DNA of 64,000 nt from Planctomycetota bacterium. Its GTDB lineage: Bacteria > Planctomycetota > UBA1135 > UBA2386. The translations under genes were made by a program, and so were the position numbers. Below are positions 57,651 through 64,000 of the stretch, piece by piece. The notes under the pieces are model-generated. The model saw nothing but the letters and a program-made list of their open reading frames with translations. It did not search any database and was not told the origin of the DNA. Within the stretch, counting starts at the first letter, position 1. Each line of letters starts with the position of its first letter. The stretch is taken from contig OZ245006.1 of assembly GCA_965223545.1 (NCBI GenBank), forward strand, positions 2,112,001 through 2,176,000, in the 5' to 3' direction.

Positions 57651-58519
57651 CGTTCGACCTCGATCAGCATCGACAGATCCAGCGCGCGCACCGAGTGCGT
57701 CAACGCCCCGACCGACACCCGATCGATGCCGCACGCGGCGAACTGGCGAATGTTGTCCAGCCGGATGCCACCCGAGGCCTCGATCTCGACCGAGCGCCCG
57801 GCTGCACTGGCTGCTTCGCGCACCGCCGACACCGCCCGCCGCAGCTCGTCACCCGGGGCGAAGTTGTCGAGCATGACGACCGCGGCACCGCCGTCGACGG
57901 CGTGCAGCGCTTCCTCCAAGGTCCGCGCCTCGGCAACCACCGGCGCGGAGCTGCCGCGCACCGCGGCGCGCACCACGTCGACGTACGACGTCGGCGCCGC
58001 CAAGGCGAAGTGGTTCTCCTTCAGCAGCGCCTGATCGAACAAACCGAACCGGTGATTGCTGCCACCACCGACCGCGACCGCGTACTTCTCGAGGGCGCGC
58101 AGTCCGGGCGTGGTCTTGCGCGTATCGTAGATGCGGACGCCGGCTTCGCCGACCGCGTCGACGTAGGTGCGCGCCATCGTGGCGATGCCCGACAACCGCT
58201 GCAGGAAGTTCAGCGCGGTGCGCTCGCCGGCGAGCAGAGCCACCGCGGGGCCGACCAGGCTCACCACGATCTGCCCGGGCGTCACCCGCGCTCCTTCTTG
58301 ACAATGCCGCTCCAATTCGATGGCGTCGTCGACCGCGGCAAAGCAGTGCTCGACGACGTCCAGGCCAGCGAGGACGCCGGGCTCGCGCGCTTCGATCCAC
58401 CCCTTCGCACGCACCTCGGGCGGCACGCACAACCGCGTCGTCAAGTCGCCCTCGGCGCCAAGATCCTCGTCGAGGGCGCGCTGGACGACTTGGCGTAGGA
58501 GGTCGACATCGATCGGCAT
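57647..58519 (-). CDS. nadC: Nicotinate-nucleotide pyrophosphorylase (carboxylating)
   Basis: ERTALN, DTRKTTPG, HRFGL, KENH, MLDN, EASGG, GALTHS. Confidence 0.96.
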   Translation of the reverse strand: MPIDVDLLRQVVQRALDEDLGAEGDLTTRLCVPPEVRAKGWIEAREPGVLAGLDVVEHCFAAVDDAIELERHCQEGARVTPGQIVVSLVGPAVALLAGERTALNFLQRLSGIATMARTYVDAVGEAGVRIYDTRKTTPGLRALEKYAVAVGGGSNHRFGLFDQALLKENHFALAAPTSYVDVVRAAVRGSSAPVVAEARTLEEALHAVDGGAAVVMLDNFAPGDELRRAVSAVREAASAAGRSVEIEASGGIRLDNIRQFAACGIDRVSVGALTHSVRALDLSMLIEVER

Positions 58520-58574
58520 CGCCGCGCACGGTACCGTGCGGCGCGACCGCGGCAAAGGGCGATCCCGGACGCCG

Positions 58575-59513
58575 TCACCGCTCCCCGCGCGGCGTCGGCA
58601 ACGGCGGCCTCGGTGGCGCCGGCAGGTAGTGGATCCCGTGCTCCGACCGAGTGGAGTCGAACGCGAACGCGTCGCGGTTGCGCAGGAAATCCACCAAGTA
58701 CTTGGCGGGGATCGCGAAATTGAGACCTTCGATACCGACGCCCACCATCTTTGCGTTGACCACGCCGACGACCTGCGAGCGCAGATTGAACAGCGGCCCG
58801 CCCGAGTTTCCGGGATTGACCGCAGCAGTGATCTGGAAGTGCGGAAACCCGCCGAACGACCGGTTGGTGACCGACACGATGCCGGCACTCACGGTGCGCT
58901 CCAAGCCGATCGGAGCGCCGATGGCGTAGACGCGATCACCGGTCTCGACGGTCTCGCTGTCGCCGATGTGCGCGATCGCCAACTCGACGTCGTCCGGCGG
59001 CTCCATCTTGACCATGGCCAAGTCGAGATGCGGATTGATGGCGACGACCTCGGCACCTCGCACGGTGCGCACGTCGAACCCATCACGGCTGCGGAGATAG
59101 ATGATCACGTCGGCGGCGACTTCGCCGGCGACCACGTGGAAGTTGGTGACCACGTAGCCGTCCTCGCTGATGACGAACCCCGACCCCTGGCCCGAACCGG
59201 TTTCGATCTTGACCACCGCCTGCTCGACCCGGCGCACTCCTTCGGGGATCGACTCCTCGGGATGACTGCCGCGCGAGAAGATCTCCTCGCGCACGACGGC
59301 CTCGGGCTGCTCGCCCGCCGCCTCGCGCTGCAACACCGCCTGCCGCGGGATCTTCAAGATGTCGAAGCCGACATCCAAGAACAGCGACTCGGCGGTCTCC
59401 TTGACCAGGCGGCCGACGACTTGCCGCCCCTGGCTCAAATGCAGGCGAACATCGACATCGACTGCCGCCGCTGGCGCCTGCAGCAAACAAAGAGTGGTCA
59501 GCATCGACAGCAT
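58575..59513 (-). CDS. S1C trypsin-like serine protease without PDZ domain
   Basis: GSGF, TNFHVV, DLAMVK, NPGNSGGPL, NFAIP. Confidence 0.92.
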   Translation of the reverse strand: MLSMLTTLCLLQAPAAAVDVDVRLHLSQGRQVVGRLVKETAESLFLDVGFDILKIPRQAVLQREAAGEQPEAVVREEIFSRGSHPEESIPEGVRRVEQAVVKIETGSGQGSGFVISEDGYVVTNFHVVAGEVAADVIIYLRSRDGFDVRTVRGAEVVAINPHLDLAMVKMEPPDDVELAIAHIGDSETVETGDRVYAIGAPIGLERTVSAGIVSVTNRSFGGFPHFQITAAVNPGNSGGPLFNLRSQVVGVVNAKMVGVGIEGLNFAIPAKYLVDFLRNRDAFAFDSTRSEHGIHYLPAPPRPPLPTPRGER

Positions 59514-59540
59514 CGACCGCAGCTTATAGTGATCTGCGGA

Positions 59541-61754
59541 ATGAATCTCCGGGGCCAGCAATCTTCGATCGTCGACGCCTCCCGCCGCTTGGCCGTGGCA
59601 GCCACCGCGACTGCCGCGCTGGTGGCAACGATGGCGGCCGCCGCCGCCCAGCGCCGCGCGGAGCCGGTCCCCGCCGCGCTGCGCGCGCGTTTCGGCTTCT
59701 CGGGTCCCCTGATGCACAAGGCTGGCTGGGGTGTTCGGCTGCTGCGCATCGCCCGGCTGGACGGCGCCGACAAGCCGGCCGCCATCGTGGTCGCCAACCC
59801 GCGGCGGTCGCGGCTCGAGGTGCTGCGGTGTCGGGACGGGTCGCTCGAAGTGGAGCACCTGCAGACCGACGGCGCGCTCGCGGGCCTGGCGACCGGCGAC
59901 GTCGATGGCGATGGGGTAATCGACCTGCTCACGCTGACAGCACGGGGACGACTGGTGGTCTGGGGCGGCGCCGACCCCTCGCGCACCACCGCGGCGATCG
60001 ATGTCGGCGATCCAGCCGACGGCGACGCGCTGCGGGCTGCCGACCTCGATAGCGACGGCCGCTGCGACGCATTGGTGCGCACCGCGACCGGCTTTCGGCG
60101 CGTCACCCACATCGCCGCCGCCCCGCGGGTCGCCCCGGCCGACCCCATGCTCGGACGAAAGCTGCGCGATGTGCACCTGCTGGACGCCGACGGCGACACC
60201 CGGCCAGACGTGGTGGTCGCCGTCAATGACGATACGCACGGCCTGTGGATCCAACGCACGATCGAGGACGGGACCGGAGGCCCATGGCTGGCGATGCCGG
60301 TGGCGGCGATGACCAACGCGTTCCCCGGCACCCACCGCGACGGTCCGACGCTGGCGACCATCGAGGGCCGCCATGGCCGCGTGGTCGAGTCACGCCTGCG
60401 GCGCGTCGACGGCACCGTGCGGCCCGGACTCGAGCTCCTGCCGCTGCCGACCGACACCAGCCGCGGCGCGCGGGCGTTCGCGCACGGCGACCTCGACGGC
60501 GACGGTGACGCCGATCTGGTGATTGCCGATGCCGAGCGCGCGCAACTGCGCACCTACCTGTTTGGCGAAGACGGCGTTTCGGTGCACACCACCCCCTCCC
60601 TCGCCGGCATCGACAGCCTCTCGATCACCGACTTGGACGGCGACGGCGCCGCCGACCTGCTGCTCACCAGCGCCGAGGAAGGCGCCTTGGCTTGGAAGTC
60701 GGGCACCGCGCCAGCGGACGCGTTTCCCGCTCGGCTGCCCGTCGAAGACAAGCCCCTCGTGGCGGTCGCGACCGGCGGCGACGTGCTCTACTTGGCGCAG
60801 AAGGATCGCAAGGTCGCCCTGTGGCGGATGCGCCAACCGACCGCGCAACCCGGCAACCAGCGCGTACTCGACCTCGGCCGCATGCCCGACGCACCACTGC
60901 GGCTGATGGCCGCCGACCTCGACGGCGACGGCCACACCGACCTGGCCTTCGTGCAACCCAAGAAGGGGCTTCGCGTGCTCCGGGGAAAGGCCAACGGCGA
61001 CTTCCACATGCCGAAGGGCGGTGACCGCGGACCCGCGATGCTCGAGGTGGCGGACGGTGCGGTCGAGCTGATCGAGCACGCCGGTCGGCCAGCACTGCTC
61101 GTGGTGCAGCCGCGGTTCACGCGCGTGCTGCGACTCGATGCCAATGGCGATGCCGAGGTGCTGGCACAGGACAACGGCCCCGAGGGTGCCGAGCGGCTCG
61201 ATCTGGCGACGGAGCTGCCGGCGGGCGGGCGGGCCTACGCCGATCTCGCCGCTGGCAAGATCTGGCTCGCCCGACCGGAGAACGCGCCGGTATCGGTCGA
61301 CATCCCGCAGCTCGGCATCACGCATCTGCTCGCACAGGACGACGCCGTGCTACTGCTGGCGATCGCCGGCATCCTGCGGGTGCCGCTCGCCGGCACCGCC
61401 TGGGAGCTGCAACGCCTGCGCGACCACGAGCCTCCGACCGACGACACGAGCTACTACGGCGGCACCACCGGTGACTGGGACAACGATGGTGTTCGCGAGC
61501 TGGCCGTCGCTTGCGACGACCTGCACGGCTTCCACGTGCTCACCACCGACGGGCGCCGGCTCGCGCGGGCGCTGTCGTTCCCGATCTTCGAGCTGACCGA
61601 GGGCAGCGACGGCAACAACGAGCCACACGAGTTCGCCGCCGGTGACGTCGACGGCGACGGCGCCGACGACCTCGTCGTCCTCTGCCACGACCGTGCACTG
61701 GTCTACCTGCAAGCCAGGGCGACTCCTGAGGAACCCCGCCAAACTGGGCGCTGA
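59541..61754 (+). CDS. Secreted FG-GAP/VCBS repeat protein
   Basis: Signal-like N-terminus; about 8 DxDGDGxxDL repeats. Confidence 0.85.
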   Translation: MNLRGQQSSIVDASRRLAVAATATAALVATMAAAAAQRRAEPVPAALRARFGFSGPLMHKAGWGVRLLRIARLDGADKPAAIVVANPRRSRLEVLRCRDGSLEVEHLQTDGALAGLATGDVDGDGVIDLLTLTARGRLVVWGGADPSRTTAAIDVGDPADGDALRAADLDSDGRCDALVRTATGFRRVTHIAAAPRVAPADPMLGRKLRDVHLLDADGDTRPDVVVAVNDDTHGLWIQRTIEDGTGGPWLAMPVAAMTNAFPGTHRDGPTLATIEGRHGRVVESRLRRVDGTVRPGLELLPLPTDTSRGARAFAHGDLDGDGDADLVIADAERAQLRTYLFGEDGVSVHTTPSLAGIDSLSITDLDGDGAADLLLTSAEEGALAWKSGTAPADAFPARLPVEDKPLVAVATGGDVLYLAQKDRKVALWRMRQPTAQPGNQRVLDLGRMPDAPLRLMAADLDGDGHTDLAFVQPKKGLRVLRGKANGDFHMPKGGDRGPAMLEVADGAVELIEHAGRPALLVVQPRFTRVLRLDANGDAEVLAQDNGPEGAERLDLATELPAGGRAYADLAAGKIWLARPENAPVSVDIPQLGITHLLAQDDAVLLLAIAGILRVPLAGTAWELQRLRDHEPPTDDTSYYGGTTGDWDNDGVRELAVACDDLHGFHVLTTDGRRLARALSFPIFELTEGSDGNNEPHEFAAGDVDGDGADDLVVLCHDRALVYLQARATPEEPRQTGR

Positions 61755-61770
61755 TGCCACCGCCGAACCG

Positions 61771-63522
61771 ATGAACAAGCACGCCACACGAACCCACCGC
61801 TCCGCCCGTCTGCAGCCCTTCTCTGCGGCGATGGCGCTGACCGCCATTGCCGGCGCAGCGCCGCTTTCGGCGCAGGGACCGTTCGAGCTGCTCCCCGCCG
61901 ACACGCTGGCGGTCGCGTGGGTCGACGCACCGAGCGAGTTCGCCGACGACCTGTCGCGGACACGGCTGGCCAGAGTGCTGCGCGATCCGACCCTGTGGCG
62001 GGCCGCCGGCGTCGACGAAGACTGGATGGCGCCGATGCGTGCCGCGCTGGAAGACGCGCACATCGATGCCGACGAGCTGCTCGAACAGCTCGCCGAGTAC
62101 TCCGGGCGCGTCGTGATCGGCGCCGGCATCGACATCGGCGCGGTGCGCGCGGCGATTGCCGAAGGCACCACGGCCAACAGCATCGACTTCGCACCGTGGT
62201 GCGCGCTGATCCTCGGTGCCACCGACGGCATCGACCTCGGCGAAGTCGCCCTGACCCTCCGCGACGTCGGCCAAGCGACGGATCCGGATCGCATCACCGA
62301 GATCGATGCGGCCGGGCACACGATCGAGGTGCTCCAGCCGGGCGACGTCGAGATCACGCTGCCGTTCCTCGTCGACGACCACTTGATGGTGCTGGTCGGC
62401 GAGAACGTCGAACGCACCGCTCAGCGCCTGCTGTCGGAACCGCGCGGCGGCTTTCTCGAGCGCTGCACCCCGCCCGACGAATCCGCTGCCGTGTGGATCG
62501 ACGCCGCGGCAGTATCGCAACTCGCGCAGTCTCTGCTCCAGGCTCAGGACGACACCGCGGCGACGGTTGCCGACCTCTTGGGCATCGACGCGCTGCGCGC
62601 CGCGTGGCTCGCGCTGAGCACGCGCGAAGACCGCGTCGTGCTGCGCACCAACCTGACGCTGGACCACACCGACGGCCTGATCTCCGCGCTCACCGACATC
62701 AGCAAAGGGCCGCCATCGCTGCTGCGCGCGATCCCGACCGAGCGCGACTACTGGTCGATCGGCAAGTACAACCTACACGCCCTGTACGACGCGGCCGTCG
62801 CCACCGCGGACGCGCTGGCGGACGTCACCGGCGAAACCGCCGCCGAACTCGAGGACCAGTTCGCCGCGATGTTTCGCGTGCGGCTGCGCGAGGACCTCCT
62901 GGACCACGTCGGCGAGGAGCTCCTCTCGGTCGGCGCCGGCACCAACGCCGGGCTCGACCCCGATGCGGCCGACGACGGCGGCGAGGGCACCTGCTGGGGC
63001 CTGCAGCTGCGCGACGGCAGGACCTTCGGCGAGCACTTGGAACGCGCACTCCGCAGCCGAGGCCTGCACGCGACGCGGAGGAAGGAGGTCTATCGCGACG
63101 AGGAGGTCTTCGACCTGTCGCTGTTCGGCGCGTTTCGCTTGTTCTACTGCGTCACCGACGACCTCTTGCTGCTCGGCTTCGGCGAACCGGGTGCCGGCGA
63201 GCTCCGCGCGATCCTCGATGCGGCCAAGAGACAGCCGTCGGCAGGTGACTCCATCGCCCCCCCAGCGCACGTGGCCGCACTCCTGGAGCAGGTGACCCCG
63301 GGCTGGCAGGGGATCACGGTGACCCGGCTTCCACCGATCCTCGAGGGAACCCAATCGCTCCTGTTCGACGAAGCAGAAGGCGAGGAATGGGGGCAGGTCG
63401 CCGCAGTGGTCGGTTCCTGCTTGCAGCGCATTGCCGAGCTCACCCAGCAGTACGGCGCCCACACCATGGTGGGCACGACCTACGCCGATCAACGCGGCGT
63501 GCGCAGCGAAGTCATCTGGTAG
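61771..63522 (+). CDS. Secreted hypothetical protein (DUF3352-like)
   Basis: Signal peptide; LLPADTLAV, LREDLLDHVGEE. Confidence 0.6.
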   Translation: MNKHATRTHRSARLQPFSAAMALTAIAGAAPLSAQGPFELLPADTLAVAWVDAPSEFADDLSRTRLARVLRDPTLWRAAGVDEDWMAPMRAALEDAHIDADELLEQLAEYSGRVVIGAGIDIGAVRAAIAEGTTANSIDFAPWCALILGATDGIDLGEVALTLRDVGQATDPDRITEIDAAGHTIEVLQPGDVEITLPFLVDDHLMVLVGENVERTAQRLLSEPRGGFLERCTPPDESAAVWIDAAAVSQLAQSLLQAQDDTAATVADLLGIDALRAAWLALSTREDRVVLRTNLTLDHTDGLISALTDISKGPPSLLRAIPTERDYWSIGKYNLHALYDAAVATADALADVTGETAAELEDQFAAMFRVRLREDLLDHVGEELLSVGAGTNAGLDPDAADDGGEGTCWGLQLRDGRTFGEHLERALRSRGLHATRRKEVYRDEEVFDLSLFGAFRLFYCVTDDLLLLGFGEPGAGELRAILDAAKRQPSAGDSIAPPAHVAALLEQVTPGWQGITVTRLPPILEGTQSLLFDEAEGEEWGQVAAVVGSCLQRIAELTQQYGAHTMVGTTYADQRGVRSEVIW

Positions 63523-63901
63523 TCGGCCACAAGAGCCACGGCCGCAGACCCTCGACCGTTGCCACGCCGAGCCCATCCACGGCGGCGAGGTCCGCGGCAG
63601 TGGAGAACGGGCCGTGGCGCACTCGGTGCAAGACGATGGCCCGCGCCCGGCCGCGCCCGATCCCCGGCAGCGCGCTGAGCTCTGCCACCGTGGCGCGGTT
63701 CACGTCGATGCACACCGGCTGCAGCAGCGGTGGTCCACCCGACGCGAGGCGCTCGCACCCGCGCCAGAACGCACCCCACGCGCACCACACCGTGAGCGCG
63801 AGCCAGGCCCACAACAGCCGCCGTCGCCGACTGGCCGAGAGCGGCTGACGGCCCGCCGCCGGCTCGTCGGCCACCGTGACGCTGGCGGATGGACTCGTCA
63901 T
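63512..63901 (-). CDS. ComEA-family helix-hairpin-helix protein
   Basis: IDVNRATVAELSALPGIG..RA.AIV..R..HGPF....DL..VDGLG. Confidence 0.88.
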   Translation of the reverse strand: MTSPSASVTVADEPAAGRQPLSASRRRRLLWAWLALTVWCAWGAFWRGCERLASGGPPLLQPVCIDVNRATVAELSALPGIGRGRARAIVLHRVRHGPFSTAADLAAVDGLGVATVEGLRPWLLWPTTR

Positions 63902-64000
63902 CCACCTCCGATGGTCACCGCCAGCGTGATTCCGGCCGGATTTGGCCAGCGGCGCTCGAGCGGGCGACGTCAGCGGCGCGTCAGGTGGCTGCGCAGTCGC

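Noticed and set aside
58320..59540. Extended N-termini of the FG-GAP, protease and nadC ORFs
   Set aside because: Shadows of genes on the opposite strand or in other frames

Overview
High-GC (roughly 70%) bacterial chromosomal window, probably from a Planctomycetota genome (inferred from the gene repertoire: BlaI/M56 pair, ASPIC/FG-GAP proteins, many large secreted proteins). It holds about 48 genuine CDSs, one tRNA-Gly(GCC) and one IS110 element. Most other ORFs in the track are GC-bias shadows. Main observations: (1) a lexA / imuA-imuB / dnaE2 mutagenesis cassette split into three pieces, each preceded at nearly the same distance by the palindrome AGACA-WW-TGTCY, a candidate undescribed SOS box in near-leaderless promoters; (2) an IS110 element with readable ends, CTG core, palindromic target, an intact tandem copy of the target, and candidate bridge-RNA guides in its non-coding end; (3) an 87-bp REP/REPIN-like palindrome related to that target, the two bracketing a large secreted hydrolase gene; (4) a PilX-like protein with a mirror-symmetric insert of about 220 aa that looks like a giant beta-hairpin; (5) a lone eboE translationally coupled to a Zrg-like ABC/DUF3299/NRAMP metal-uptake operon; (6) a triple BlaI operator array. 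All calls come from motif reading; no database searches were run.
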